NCBI GenBank assembly: GCA_951406725.2
Contig: OX597825.1
Location: forward strand, 49,104,001-49,168,000
DNA: 64,000 nt
Direction: 5' to 3'
Origin: Octopus vulgaris
Lineage: Eukaryota
The notes under the pieces are model-generated. The model saw only the letters and a list, made by a program, of their open reading frames with translations, had not been told where the DNA came from and searched no databases. The number at the start of each line of letters is the position of its first letter. Position 1 is the first letter of the stretch. The translations under genes and the position numbers were made by a program. Shown here one piece after another: positions 38,475 to 53,192 of the stretch.

Positions 38475-40470
38475 TTTCACATGCATGGAACAGTCTTGAA
38501 ATGTTGGAAATTATGATTTGTGATATCGGGCTACATGTAACCTTAGATGTCGAAGATCTTCTTAAGTATCCGAGCTGCCCCTAATAACACTGTTTACTGG
38601 AAATTTTCTAAACTAGGTTTCCTGTATCCATTTGTTCAAATCTTGAGGGATAGTTCCTAATGCGCCTACATCTACAGGCATACACCACTCTTCGTAACTT
38701 CTGTAACTCAACGGCGAGATCCTGATATTTCCTTATTTCCTCTGAAACTGACTTTCTCACCATTTGGGACAGTAAAGCCAATTATCTGGCACTTTTCATT
38801 CTCTTTATCTACTACTAGTAAATCAGGCCTTCTAGCTTCTATTCCTCTGTCAGTATGAATGTTAAAATTCAACAACAGCTTATATTTCTTACTTTCTAGC
38901 ATTTTATTAGGTTCATGCTCACACCATTTAACAGTATGTTGAAATTCTGGCTTCCTACATAAATGCCAGTGGATTGTTCTCTCTATGTCGCAATATATTT
39001 TTTGTAGTTTTTTGGTGCCTGCATGCTACATTCACTTACTTTGTGAGTAACACTTCCCGTTTCAGATTTACATAACCTATATTAGGCATCTACCTGGTTT
39101 TAGCCTCTATTGGCTTTTATCCAAGTACTACTCAATGCTGGATCTTGTGCTGCTACTAACGAACTTTCTGTCCCCCTTGTCATACTTCTTTTCTGCAACC
39201 ATAACCATGTCTCACTATTACTATTTTCTGCAACCGTCTTTGAGAGTCTTTAATGTGAGGCCTTTTCTTGCTAGCCACATAAAATTGTGCAACAATATTT
39301 TTATTTCATGTTCTCTTTGATCAGCAAGTGTCATTTCATATTTGCTTGTATGTACAAGTCCAACAAAATGACAGTTATTCCTTTCAAACTTTGCTTTTGT
39401 GGCGTGGACATCAATGTTTGGAAACTGACCTATTTTCCGTTACATTTCAGGCATATTCACTCCTGTGTAGCTCAAGCAGAAACATCACTGTAACAAATAT
39501 TCTGCTCCACATCATAGATTTGTTTGTCAGTTGATGGCCTTAAACATTTGAATATGTCCCTTCGTGTCTAACAATATATGCAACTATGAACATGACCAGG
39601 AGTAGTGGGAGAGTGTCATAGCCAGGTGTTGAAAGGGGCTGTTTAGGATTTGAATAAATGTGACAAAAGCAAAGCTTGAAGGAAATATCCATTTTTCATA
39701 GTTTCTAGGTGTATGCAAATAGAAAATAAACCAAGGACAAAAATCATGTTACACAGTGTATTCTTTGGTTACCCTACCTCCTACTGTTACTCTAGCAGCT
39801 CTTTAAACTTATTTCACTATTACCTATATAGGAAGTTCTATCTATTCTAGCTAACTCCACGCAGTCTTCTACTGATATTAACCTTATACTACCTTCTTTT
39901 CTATGTAAGTATAATCTTGCTACTCCTGCTCTTGGGTGAAGTCCTCCATTCATACTGAGTTCCTTCATGGTTCTTCTGATATGATTTGGAAACTCAAACT
40001 TTCTCCAATATATAAAAGGTGGTGAATATCAAAGTAGCGATATTGACAGAGTATTTACAGCCTTCACTAAATTCGGGCCATTTAGCTTTGACTTTATTAA
40101 CTTCCCAGCCATTCTGATGTACTCTTTCTCAATGTTCTCTTTCATTTCTATAGTCAATACTCTGTCAGATTCTTATAGTCCTCGATACTTATAATTCTCT
40201 GTTATGCTCTAGCACCTTATCTGTTTGGACTGGGAAACCCCAGAGGATTTTGTTAGTCTCCGATTCCTCCACTCTCTGCGCTTTTTGCTCATACACCACG
40301 TCCTGCAACACTCTAGTCCCCACTTTTCGCAAGGTTTCCAATGTAGCATTTTCGTGACATGATTATGTCACCACAACCTGTATTGGTTTTGGACAATACT
40401 AGGGCATTCGTTTGAGATATGGGCAATGGTTTCATCCGCTCTATTACAGATACACAACAGCGGAATTATT
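38475..40470 (-). mobile_element. Older R4/Dong-type LINE fragments (endonuclease, zinc knuckle, late RT)
   Basis: NFNIHTDRGIEARRPDLLVVDKENEKCQIIGFTVP (38708..38902) and LCICNRADETIAHISNECPSIVQNQY (about 40380-40460). Confidence 0.75.
39655..39759 (+). mobile_element. Short Chapaev3-like remnant with a CAGTG 3' terminus
   Basis: aatgtgacaaaagcaaagcttgaagga (NVTKAKLEG, compare KITEAKLKEG) followed by caaaaatcatgttacacagtg. Confidence 0.4.
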
Positions 40471-40471
40471 A

Positions 40472-41405
40472 CACTGGTCAACAAAATGAAACATGTTTTG
40501 ATCATCAGAGTTGCTGATTGACTTTTCTGGGTTAATTTTTGATGCTGATTACGAATCTGAAGTCCGATTTCCTCTATCAGGTTATATTTTCCTGTTAATG
40601 ATACCAGCTGTTTTCACTTATAGGATACGTAAAGCATAACTATATAAAGTATATTGAATACAATATACGATAATTTCATGGCTTCTTATTGTACAAAATT
40701 AACATTATTGTGTACAAATAAGTTAGAATACACTAAAATGCATAACAACCGAACATCTTTGGCATTTGGACTTTCTATGTTGTTTTGACTCAGGTTCATC
40801 CCTGTATAACATCCACCAGTAGTCAGCTAACATTCCTGCATTCCAAAATCCTTGATAACGTTGTTCCATCAATGCAATATCTTGATGAAATCATTCCCTT
40901 TGCTCATCAGACACTAATCCAAGGTTCTCTGCAAAAAAGTCCAGATGTGAATCAAGGAAATGGACTTTTAGTGACATCCAACAGTCCATTGCAGTGTAGG
41001 AGTCTAGAAGACATTTTACTCCATTTCTAAATTCTAGAGGTCTCATGTTGCCTGGGAAATTTTTACTGAGTCATCTGAAAAATTCCCAGGCTTTAAGCTC
41101 GATCTCCTCCAGTGCTGTGAGGAAGTGGTTGTCCTTCAGGAGTTCTTTTATCTGCGGACATACGAATACGCCCTCCTTCAGTTTTGCCTCGGTGATTTTT
41201 GGAAGTTTGGCCTTCACGTATTCAAAAACCTTTTGAGCTTTTCCTGGCAAGTGTCTTCACGAATTGTTTCATGAGGCCAAGCTTTATGTGAAGAGAGGGA
41301 AGAAGAACATTTTCTGGGTTTAAAAGTGGCTTACCCCGGACGCTAGAAACTCCTGGCTCATATGATTTTCGCAAAGACCACTCTGATTGCACATAGCGCA
41401 TGTTA
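40472..41405 (-). mobile_element. Chapaev3-like DNA transposon, 3' half
   Basis: Terminus tta|CACTGGTCAACAAAA. Minus-strand motifs LLPSLHIKLGLMKQFVKTL, KITEAKLKEGVFVCPQIKELL, SHLDFFAENLG.VSDEQ..FHQDI..MEQRYQGFWNAGMLADYWW. Confidence 0.75.
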
Positions 41406-41823
<418 letters not shown>

Positions 41824-41917
41824 TAGTTTTATTTTTATAGCGTGCTTTCACTTCACTACCGAGCGCAGCTCTGTGTGCCTTGGGTATGTGTTGTGATTTG
41901 TTGTGATGCTCTGATGG

Positions 41918-42733
41918 TTATTGTATGGAAAGTGTTCTGCGTAGGATGTGTGCAGTGCCTAGTAGTGCAATTTTCTGTATGTTATATGTGTTTGTAAGTC
42001 CTGGTGTTTTTGATATGTATTTGTCTGAATATTTTTTTATCATGCCTAATGCACCTACTATGATAGGAATTGTTTCTGTTTTCAGATTCCACATTCTGGT
42101 TACCTCTATTTCCAGGTCTTTGTATTTTGAGAGTTTCTCCATTTCTTTTAGAGACACGTTGTCATCTGCCGGTATTGATACATCAATTAGAAAGCATTTT
42201 TTTTCTTCATGATCTCTGACAACTATATCTGGCCTGTTGGCCTTAATTTCTCTATCTGTGTGTATCGGCATATCCCAGAGTATGGTTGCTTTCTCGTTTT
42301 CTGTGACCTTTTCTGGTGTGTGCCTATACCATCTTTTTTCTGTTGTTATTCCATAATGTTGGCATAGCTTCCAATGTATGTAGGTTCCAACTCTGTCATG
42401 TCTGTGAATATATTCCTTCTTAGCCAGGACTGGACAGCTAGAGATAATATGATTTATTGTTTCTTGTCCATCTCCACATATTCTGCAGTTACTTGTAATA
42501 TTTCTTTTCATTACATGTTTTTGGTAATTTCTGGTGGGGAGGCTTTGGTCTTGTGCTGCAATTAAAAATCCCTCTGTTTCTGCTTTGAGTCCTGAGCTTC
42601 TCAACCATTGCTGGGATTTTTCTTTGTCTATTTCTTTTGCGTTTAGTTTAGTGCAGTATTTACCACGAAGGGGCTTTTCTTGCCACCGTTCTATCATGGT
42701 TCGTTGCTGTTCTATTTTTAGTTTGGATTTCAT
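41918..42733 (-). CDS. Uninterrupted C-terminal ORF segment of a 5'-truncated R4/Dong-type LINE: CCHC knuckle plus restriction-like endonuclease
   Basis: 271 aa: LKAETEGFLIAAQDQSL, CRICGDGQETINHIISSC, RHD, RPDIVV...IDVSIP...KLSKYKDL...PIIVGALG. It is followed by a 3' UTR (41822-41917) and (TAA)n. Confidence 0.92.
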   Translation of the reverse strand: MKSKLKIEQQRTMIERWQEKPLRGKYCTKLNAKEIDKEKSQQWLRSSGLKAETEGFLIAAQDQSLPTRNYQKHVMKRNITSNCRICGDGQETINHIISSCPVLAKKEYIHRHDRVGTYIHWKLCQHYGITTEKRWYRHTPEKVTENEKATILWDMPIHTDREIKANRPDIVVRDHEEKKCFLIDVSIPADDNVSLKEMEKLSKYKDLEIEVTRMWNLKTETIPIIVGALGMIKKYSDKYISKTPGLTNTYNIQKIALLGTAHILRRTLSIQ

Positions 42734-42859
42734 TTGTTTTATAGCTTTTCTTCATCTTCTTCTTCTTCTTTGTGTTTATTAGGTGGTATGATTTCTTGTT
42801 TGTATTTGTCAGCTTCCTTAAATACTGAGAACAGTTTTTTGTTTTGCTCGTGTTTTAAA

Positions 42860-43060
42860 AAAATTAAAATTAACAGGGTTTTACTAAGGATGTGGGCAGT
42901 ACATGTCAGGACAATATTTTGCATTTCCGTGAGACATGGTTTTCTTGGGATGTTGCAATATGTTTCTGGCATCCCATTTTTCTAATACATAGGGCACATA
43001 CAATAACAAGAAGAGTCTTTGGTTTAAGGCCCCGCATATTTTTTATTCCATTATTATAAT
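42860..43060 (-). pseudogene. R4/Dong-type LINE extreme C-terminal fragment
   Basis: IPRKPCLTEMQNIVLTCTAHILSKTL parallels IQKIALLGTAHILRRTL. Confidence 0.7.
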
Positions 43061-43149
43061 TATTCTGCATGTTTATTACAATCACTTGTCGAGACACACC
43101 CAGCGTCGTAGGATGGGTGAAGGACAAGACCTTATTATTACTATTATTA

Positions 43150-43585
43150 TTGAGTGAGAGTGATATGCATGCAAACAAAGTGACACGGTAGTAAAAAATA
43201 TGAAGCCGTGTATACCAATCATGAGGCTCATGTATCACAAACATATGTGCGCGACATGATGATCTAATATCAAGATAAACAGCGCATGAGATTGCATGTG
43301 GGCACATTTACAATTTTCCTAAGGTCGAGTAACCCACACGTACAAAGGTTCCTTGAATAAAGGTTGTTTAAGGATGTTGAATGAATCACCCATGTTTCCT
43401 AGATTGAATTATCGAATCCCAAAAGAATTCCTCTCGACACATGGCTATGATGTACCTCCACTACCTCTGCTCGTGATCAGAATTGCACATATTGTCAGTC
43501 ACTAATGGGCATGCTCAGATGGTTAAGATCAAACAACTGACAAACATATCTGTGGTATTGGGCAGAATATTTGCTATAGCCCACT
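43150..43585 (-). mobile_element. Second copy of the (TAA)n-tailed repeat at 32657-33070
   Basis: Shared blocks aagggttgtttaaggatgttgaa, ctgctcgtgatcag and caaacaactgacaa. Confidence 0.7.
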
Positions 43586-45399
43586 TTGGGCTGCTCTGAT
43601 AAACCCTTCTGTTTCCGATTTTAAGCCAGAAGACTCTAACCATTGATGGGTAAGTGCCTTGTCAACATCGGATTTATTAGCTCCCTTTTGAATTGAGAGG
43701 TTTTTATTGCAATTTATCGGTAAGAATATCTAAAGCAGCAACTTTAGCACGGGTTTTCATATGCTCTTTTTTCTGTGCTTGTTTCCTGTACGTCTACTTC
43801 TGGTATTTGCTGAATTTGAAATTCATTTAGATATTTCTTTGCCCGTTTTGTTACTGAGGATGATGATTTCTTGTTTTCGTGCTTTAAGAGAAGTTTTAAC
43901 ATCCAGTCATCAGAGTTTTTCAGGTAGGTGCAATGGCATGACAGAAGGCCTTAAGAACTTCTTTATTATCTCCCCTTGAAAATATGCCTGTCTTTGTATT
44001 ATTATTATTATTAACGTAAATCAAAACCCTTTGTAGCTTACTTTTGGTCACCTTCCAGGCTTATACTGGAATTGTTGACGGTCTGGGTTTTTAACACAAG
44101 TACTGATCTATATAATAGGTTTGAGTAACGTCGCAGATATTGCCGAATGCTGCGCTAATTAGTGCACAGTTTGAATTAAGTTTGGAATCAACCTGAGTAG
44201 AAATAATCTTAATTTGACGCTTAACTTCACAGATTGATAAATCCATTAAGAGATATGTACAAGGATCAGCTTAATCAATTACATTTCTACCATATAAATA
44301 CGTGGATTCAGTTTACGCACTTAGAGATAATCTTTACATACGGTTTTTCCGAAAGAATCTCTATTATTTGGCCACCTGTAATATACGTTTTTCCAAAAGG
44401 CTATGTTTGTTGCCTATAAGAATTAGACATCTGCCTATAGTTATAATGAGAATCGTGATGTAACTTGATCGTTGTATTCGTCGGTGGTAATTCCTTGGCA
44501 CCAAAATCTGTTCTTTAATTTCTAGATATTCAGGTTGACTTCAGTTAATTCTCATATGGTGAACACAAAATATATAGAAGCGATTGCAGGCAAAGGGTGC
44601 TATATTTTGTTTTTGTATCAACAAAAGTGCATACACCACGGAGATATATATATATCCATCCTTAGTAAATAAATAGTTACGTAGAAACACAAGAAAAAAA
44701 AACTGCGTTCCACAAGGCATCAACTCAACTGATTTCAAATGGAGATAACTAACTTTTAGAAGGAATTCATTCCAGCTTTCCATTGTTTTTGTTGCAGTAC
44801 TTTTTTTCGCGTTTGATATTGGGCGAGGACAATCATTTGTAGAGATTTAATGAGTTGAATCAAATATAGTATATTTTCGGCATTAGAGAAAGAAGTAAAA
44901 TTATTTCAAATAAACCAAAATATAAAGGGGTGGTGCTGTTATCTTTATAACGCTTTTTGGTGTAGAAATAACATTGACAACATGCATTATCAGGTAAAAT
45001 AACAGTAAACTTTTACAAAGCAAGGCATTTGATGAATGAGTAAGTATTGCAAGCAATTCTACTCCAAATATATAACTTAGAACTCTCTATTGTGTTAGGT
45101 AATATACTTTGTTTTGGTTGCTAGTCACGCTTTGTGCAAGGCGATTTCTGCAACAAACGTTTCTTTAGAGGACTTACTATGCCTTCTTTTGTACATTTAT
45201 CCTTAAATGTCATAAAATACTTCAGCAACAGCAGCAGTAGCAGATGCTCACATACTAATTGTGAATTATCTTATAGTATATCATATGCGATTAGGAGATG
45301 TACCGGAACATCTTAGGAGTACGACACAGAGAGAAATGATTGGATCACGATGTGAGTCATTATCTGTGTAGATTATTATATCCAACGTGTCTTAATTAC

Positions 45400-45900
45400 A
45401 ACATCATTCAGTATCTTAGCATTCAGGATCTTTGCCAGTAGCCACAAGAACAATTTACTCCTTTATCTGCCACAGTTACTTTATCTCTCTCGCTAGGTCC
45501 TTGTGTTCTAAAAAGTTCTCAATTTTCTTGTTATCCACTCTAATATCATATAGTATCGCAAAATATATGATCTTCCGCAATTTATCAATTTATTTTTTTC
45601 ATCTTGTCATTCTTAACGTTATCTGATGAATTATCTTTGGTCCCCGTACTATCTGTCCTGGAGCATCTCAGAGTATAATTGTTTTGTCACTCTCGGAAGC
45701 CTTTTCGGATTTCGTTCTTTTGTACTAGAAGTTTCTAATATTTGTTTAATCTATAATGTAATCCACTTACATATTGCTTTCAGTGGTATCTCATATAGAG
45801 CTATCTGTTGTACGCTATAATCATGAATCCTGCAGCCCCTTGCATTTCAGTCCTTAGCTTTACAAGCAATATGGTAATCCCTTGTTTAATTTCGCCTCTT
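45400..45900 (-). pseudogene. Highly decayed R4/Dong-type endonuclease fragment
   Basis: Manual minus translation: KIIYFAILYDIRVDNKKIENFLEHKDLAREIK*LWQIKE*IVLVATG. Confidence 0.55.
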
Positions 45901-47472
45901 CAATCTCTTCAGGTCTTGGCCATGTAAAGCTTTTCTTGCCATCATTTATTATCGTGTTCAATAACACTAATTTTTGTGTAAATATTCGTTACTTGTACAA
46001 TGTTAATACATTCAAGAGATCTGCATCTATGTGTCCAGACTGTAGACCATATAGAGTGGACAGCAGCAAATTATCATTTTAAATGGAAGGTTGTAGAGGA
46101 GGTGACATTTGTTTTTGACATGTGTTATCTTGAGTTTTAGCAACTGATATTAAACACAAGCGATACTGTATATTTAAAGTAGTTCAATAGCAAATGGAAA
46201 AAAGTTACTGATAATTTATTTCCTGTAATTAGTTTGGAAAAAAAGAAAGAAAAAATCGAACGTTTTGACAGAAAACTTTTAAAAAATGTGAAAAGAAAGT
46301 CGAGTTTCTTTGTTCTATATTCATTTATTTTGCTAATTTCAATGGAGCAGAACTTTTCTGAATGACTTGGATACAACAATTCTGAGTGAATCAACAATTC
46401 CAAAACAATCTATAAATGTTGAGTTACTCTTTAAAGTAATATATAAAAGTATTTTTGTAGTAGTAATAAGTCCGCGAAGGAGTGTTTCTAGTAAAGAAAT
46501 GTAAAGAAACCTTGTCCTAAACTATTTGAAACAAATCCTATTTTCTATGGGGAGTTGCGTCTTTCTTTCTCGCACACTTATTGCCAATAAACACTGCTGT
46601 ATAGTTTTCTCCGGTTATTGATTATTGATGTAGAGAGCAACACTGACTAAAACAGACTGCATGATTCTGCTGCACCAAACTTAAGTCAACGATGTCGAAA
46701 TTACGATCTTTAAATAGGCAGACTTACATGCTGTCTCTATGGGTAATAACCAAAACATTGTTTTTTAATAGCAAAGCTAGAAAAACATTCTTCCGCAAGA
46801 TTGATTTATTCATTTATCCTCTCCTCTATCGTATGTTATGTTATTATTCTCGTATAGTAATTATAAAATATAACTAGCTTAATTATGATTCTAGATATTG
46901 ACTGATAAATAAACGATCTGTCTAATAGAACATGTATACTACTGAATGTATTGATGCTGATAAACTCAACAATTTTGTGATATAATGGAAATGTATTTTC
47001 CCTTCAAGACATACAAACGCAGGTTTATTTCAGAGAAAAGTCTAACAGTACGGTGCAAGTTGTACAGGTTTAGTAAAATTAGTTTTACAATAAAGATACG
47101 ATACTAGCGTCATGTGAATACGTCTTTTTCTTTCACTACTTTACAATGTTAAAGCTTACAGAATTATATATGCGTGTATGTTCTCCTCTTTTTAATTTAG
47201 AGTAAATTTTGACAGGCCACCTACTTGGTAGCTCGGTTCTTTAGAAAAGCATCTTGTTTTGATCATCACGTTTCAATTTTAAGAAGGTATTGTAGATTTT
47301 TACAGTCCCAGATATGTATTAATGTAAGTGTGTGTTTCATTTTCACTTGATCATGCATCTAGCTAACACATTACTTTTCTACTCTGATCAATGCCCCATT
47401 CTTGACAAACTAGAATACACTATTATCCTCGACTGGGGATTTTCCCTCTGGTTTACATGTCTCTGACTTCGC

Positions 47473-47562
47473 CCTTTCTGATGATGGTATATTCGGCCTA
47501 TAGAATCCTTACTTAATATCATGGTCCATACGCTTGGCTATTCTAGAAACAGCTGTAAGAGG
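47473..47562 (+). ncRNA. Type I hammerhead ribozyme motif
   Basis: ccttt CTGATGA(47478-47484) tggtatattcggcc...ggctattcta GAAAC AGCT GTA agagg. Stem I is ccttt/agagg, stem III is the palindrome ACAGCTGT, stem II is long and imperfect. Confidence 0.65.
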
Positions 47563-48004
47563 CTCAGTATATCTATATTATCTGTCTAAATTAAATGTCT
47601 TTTACACATGTAGACAAGCGGTTTCCTCTTTCCTTTTTACGCAAATCGTTATCTACTTCCTTAAGGAAAAACGAATGATAGCCACTTCTGATAAGTAGTT
47701 TCAACGCTACAGGTTTAGTTGTTCAAACCGGAGATTTAGCATTAAGTCAGAGCACGATAATACATACCTATTACTTTAAGTCAGTTGACGAAAACTCCTT
47801 ACATATATGTACGTATGTATATGTATGTATTTATGTATGTATGCATGCATGCATGTATGTATGTATGTATGTATGTATGTATGTATGTATGTATGTATGT
47901 ATGCATACATGTATGTGTTTGTCTATCTATTTTTCTGTCTAGCTAATTATTAGTCTTTCAACTTTTAAAGAATCTATCACTCCATATGTCTGTCTGTCTC
48001 TGTC

Positions 48005-48089
<85 letters not shown>

Positions 48090-49137
48090 CTTGTTCAGTA
48101 CATTTATTGAACAGTATTCCATGTCTGCAATAAACTAGGACTGTAACAGCACATTTTTGTTCAATATTTGTAATTAATTGACTATAATTAGGAATCGTAA
48201 TCTTTCCATGATGTCAGGAATATTAGAAACATTTTTTCTTTAGTTTTTCTGGAATTCTGTCGTAATTATTTATCTTAATTAGAAAAGAAATGTCACATGA
48301 AAATAGGGAACATAAGCGGTGAATTCATCCTAGAAAAGTTTTAAAAGAGAATATGAATGCGTAACACAAAATACAGGAAAGTACTCTATCTGGTAATCTA
48401 AGTTCAACATTTTATACTGCAGTCGAGGTATATTTGGCTCTCTCACATCAGCATTTCGTTTGCCAGTCTAATATTGTAACAATCCAAAGAATATAACCTG
48501 AATATAATATCACTTGTAAAAATATGAATCATGCAGTTTCCGCCAACCTTACAACTTGATAGAAAAGCATATTTCAAAAATTAGTATGTACGGTCTATGT
48601 TTTTCACCTTTAAAAATCTTCATCTTAATTTATCAGTTAATAAGAACACCGTAATTTTCTATATAGAGCCAGGAATCCTTGGGTAATATTTGAAATACAT
48701 AAAGATGTCGGCTATAGAATGGAAGGTTCCATATATTTGGTAAAACGAATTGTTGTAAATGAAATATGATTAATTTTCCTGCACTACTACAAAAACTAAA
48801 ATTATTTACGGAATAAAGAAGCATTTATATACAAATATAAACCGAAAACAAAACAACAAAAAAACTATTGATATATTCATATTATACTATATATTTTTTT
48901 CTAAATGATACAGAAAAAATAGTTTATCATTAATTTTCCTACGAACATGTTATGAATTGCCATTTATAATAATTTCAATATATACGCCAATATTTACAGA
49001 AAGCACATACACAAACACATTTGTATATATCACATCAATTTCTATCCAAAAATATAACGTTACCCATATTCCAACTGATTATGAGGTAATAGCATATATG
49101 TATATCTGTGTGTGTGTGTGTGTGTCTGTGTGTGCGC

Positions 49138-49189
<52 letters not shown>

Positions 49190-51911
49190 ATTTACATACA
49201 CACACGCACGCACGCGCACACACACGCATATATAATATATATATATATATGTCAGTCTAATCTATAGATATTGAAATTAAATGTAACTTGTGCATAGATA
49301 GCGACTTAAAAAAAATATATTTGATACAAGGCTTAATCACAATTCTCTATGCTATGGGAATGACTAAGTGATAACATTTAATAATTTATAAATTTCATCT
49401 TTTCATCTCCTGATTTCAAGTGAAATGAATTTCAAAGAAGTAATGACCGATTGGATAGTGTATTTGACAAGAAGTCAAGAAGTCGGAGTTTTGATTCAGA
49501 TTATTTCCATTGGGTTCGGTCCATTTCCAAAATTTACATAGTTACAGTTTAGCGGTACAATTTACTTTTCAAGTGGCGAGTGATTCTATATATCAGCGTG
49601 AACTTGATTAGTAACTTTTGCGTGTTTATTATAGTACAATTATATACAATAGACTGTACCATGTCCAGGGGATATTAGTTTCTCATTCACATCAAGAATC
49701 GTGAACAAAAACAGGACCTGCAGTTAATTATTAAAATACACACATTTTCAAACTCACACATATGCACTTATATTCTACAACATTTGAAGTAAACAACAAA
49801 TATTTAATATATTTCATAACCAGTGGCTTCCTACAGGTAAACATGTAAGTTTGCACAACCTATGCATAGTTCGATTGCCGGTAAGTAAACTGGTAACCCT
49901 GCCAAGCTTAAATTAGAGAAAAATGTGATTTTAGACATCCCGTCGAATGAAAATAACAGGATAAAGTAACAAAACATGTTAAACGGTAGATGAATTCAAA
50001 AGATTCTACGGCCATGAAGTATTAGGTTTATACTCGCATACATACATGCATACATAAACATCACTCACACACACATACACACACACACTCGTATATACAC
50101 ATATATACATATATTGATGCATACATATAAGTATACTTATGTATGGTGGCTGCTTGCTTCTAGCAGGGATTGACCTCCTGTACCGATAATTGTTCTTTCT
50201 AAGCGTCTTAAATCATTTTTCAGCTCTGAAAGGGCAATGTCTCATTTCAGCTTTGGCTTGCTCATAGTCTTGTCTATCATGTATGTTTCAGAAGCCGCTA
50301 CGATCCTCCACGTAACTTGCAGGTTTTTGAAATACATTGCAATGAAACTGGCCATTCAGAATAAAATTCCATGAGCAAACGTGAGCCTTATTCGCATGAG
50401 TACGCTGGTGCGATCTCCAGCATGAAATATGCATATTTTCAGCATAAGGAACATTGAAAGTATAAATGAAAAACACTCGCAACGCTATTGATATTCGTCC
50501 GATTTTTTGGAAATTTTGTTTTTGTTGTAGCATACTTGATTCTCTCAAGCTCAAAATCTTTAACACCGCGCACCACACACACACTTTCCTATCTGTCAAA
50601 AGTGATTCTAGACAATTATTTTAAAAAAACATAATTTAAACCATTTCAAAATTGATTTTAAAGAGTCTTTAAATCTTTACATTGAGGTATTAGTTTTTCT
50701 CGTTCACAGCGTAAGTTCACCACAAAGCATTTTTGGGGGAATGCGCTCATCATCAACACAGATGCGATGGCCTGTCTATCGTTGTTGATTCCTAAAAAGC
50801 ATGGCTTGGATTGATGTGAGCCTAGCTTCCGCATAAAACTCAATATCAGGAGTGAATGAGGTCTAGCTTATTCTGAGTATGTGGCAGAGGCAGTTCTGAA
50901 GAAATTTCTCAAATCTTTTACATGACGCGTGTATAATGTCGAAGTTTCAAGAGAAAACAACAGTGCAAAAAATCAAACGAGTAATATGCATTGATGCGTT
51001 TCGATATGGTGCTGTGACCAGACGTTAAATTCTAGGCTGCCAAAAGTCTTTGGTATTCTTTCAATATGAGAAGTGTTTTAAGAGTCTAGGTTTCTGTCAA
51101 CACACAGAAAATATACATATAACCGGATTTTGCTTGCTTGTTGCCATTTCATTGGATTCAAAAAGCTAGAGAGTAACGCACATCGGACACAAACTTACAA
51201 ACATTTATCTCTACAATATATGATGGGCAGCAGCAGCCAGCAATATATTTCCCAAACACAAGTCAAGATTTGGGTTCCTTGTAATCACGAGACACGATGG
51301 GGTTTCGTTAATGATTTTACAGAAGGTGTAGTATAAAAAGTCGCAGCCCTGATTTTCCAGTCCACTTTCACTTGCATCTTACATTGAAGTAGCGAAAGTG
51401 TGTAAAATGTGGTCCCGCAATCTTTCTGCATTGTTTAGTATGTTGGCCATCATACAAAAAAAAAAATGATCGAAAGGTGTAATAACTGTCAATTTTGGTG
51501 TAGTAAATTTCAGTTTTGAAAGTCATTGTTTTTAACGTGCTGCGAACAGCATATACGTACAAGTGTGTGATTGTGTGCGTGAATACTTGCGTGTGCAGAT
51601 GGGTGTATGTTAGTATACATATATGTTTTTGTAGCAATAACATTAGGTCTAACATGTAAACTAAACAGACTGCGAAAATTCAGTATCGTTATATTGTTTT
51701 CCTCTGCCTTCTTATTTCAATTGTTTCTCCTCCATAAATGAGTATAAAATCAAAATGTTTGATTCTCTTCTGTTTCCTTCATCACCTTATACAGTTTTAC
51801 TGAACATTTCACACTCTCATGTTGTTTCACTTCATGCGTTTACACTTCTTGAGGCGCTTGTCCGACTTCCTTTTATATATGTTAGTCTTATTACATTATC
51901 TTACTCCGTGT

Positions 51912-52115
51912 GCTGGCAGAAGCGACGGGCGAAATGCTTAGCAGTATTTCGTCTGTCTTTACGTTCTGAGTTCAAATCCCGAAGAGGTCGACTTTGCCAT
52001 TCATCCTTTCGGGGTCGATAAATTAAGTAGCAGTTGTGTACTGGGGCCGTTCTAATTCACTGCCCCCCCCCCTCCTCAAAAATTTCGGGCCTTGTGCCGA
52101 GAGTAGAAAAGATTA
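51912..52115 (+). mobile_element. SINE family B
   Basis: gctggcagaa...gggcgaaatgcttagc...gttctgagttcaaatccc...cattcatcctttcggggtcgataaattaagta. Confidence 0.8.
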
Positions 52116-52537
52116 ACTTACTCGTTTTATTTATGTAATGTATGTATGTATGTATGTATGGATGGATGTATGTATGTATCTATCTATCTGTCTGTATGCC
52201 TGTCTGTCTGTCTGTCTGTCTCTCTGTTTGTCTGTCTTTAAACCTTAAAGTAGAAGACAGATCTGAAGCCGACATGCTGCAGAAGGCACATCATTCGATA
52301 GGTGGCGAATGAATTTCAGAAACAGAACTGACTAATTGCTTAACTAAATGATTAAGCAAACAATGCACTAGTTAGTTGGCAAAACAGCTAACGAATTCAA
52401 GAATGATAGTAAAGACGTGTAATCCAAATAATTCGTGTGTTGATTATTGGAGTAATGATCCTGGATTTGTACAACAAAATATGTTTCAGTGAACAAATTC
52501 ACACCAGGAATTTTGCAAACCAAATTTTTAAAAAATG

Positions 52538-52572
<35 letters not shown>

Positions 52573-52634
52573 CACACACAAAAGCACACACACACACACA
52601 CTCACACACATGTATATACATTATTTACATATAT

Positions 52635-53020
52635 AGGCGCAGGCATAGCTATATAAGATTGCTTCTCAACCACATGGCTCTGTGTTCAGTCCCATTGCGT
52701 GGTACCTTGGGCAAGTATCTTCTAATATAACCTCGGACCTACCAAATTTGGTAGACGGAAACTGAAAGAAGCCCGTCGTATATATATGCAGATATCTATA
52801 TATGTGTGTCATTCTGTCTGTGTTTGACTCCCCAACATCTCTTGACAACTGATGGTGGTGTGTGTTTATGTCCCCGTAGCGTAGTAGTTCAGCAAAAGAG
52901 ATGATAGAATAAGTACTACGCTTACAAAGAAGTCCTAAGGTGATATGTTCGACTAAAACCTCTGAAGACTGTGTTCTGGCATGGCCACAGTCAAATGACT
53001 GAAAGGAATAAAAGAATAAA
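52635..53020 (+). mobile_element. SINE family A, near full length
   Basis: Head ggcgcaggc...gttcagtccc, core accttgggcaagt, 3' part ending agtcaaatgactgaaaggaataaaag. Confidence 0.8.
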
Positions 53021-53089
53021 AGAATATATATACATATTTTCTTTTATTCTTTATATATATATGTGTGTGTGTGTATGTATGTATGTATG

Positions 53090-53192
<103 letters not shown>

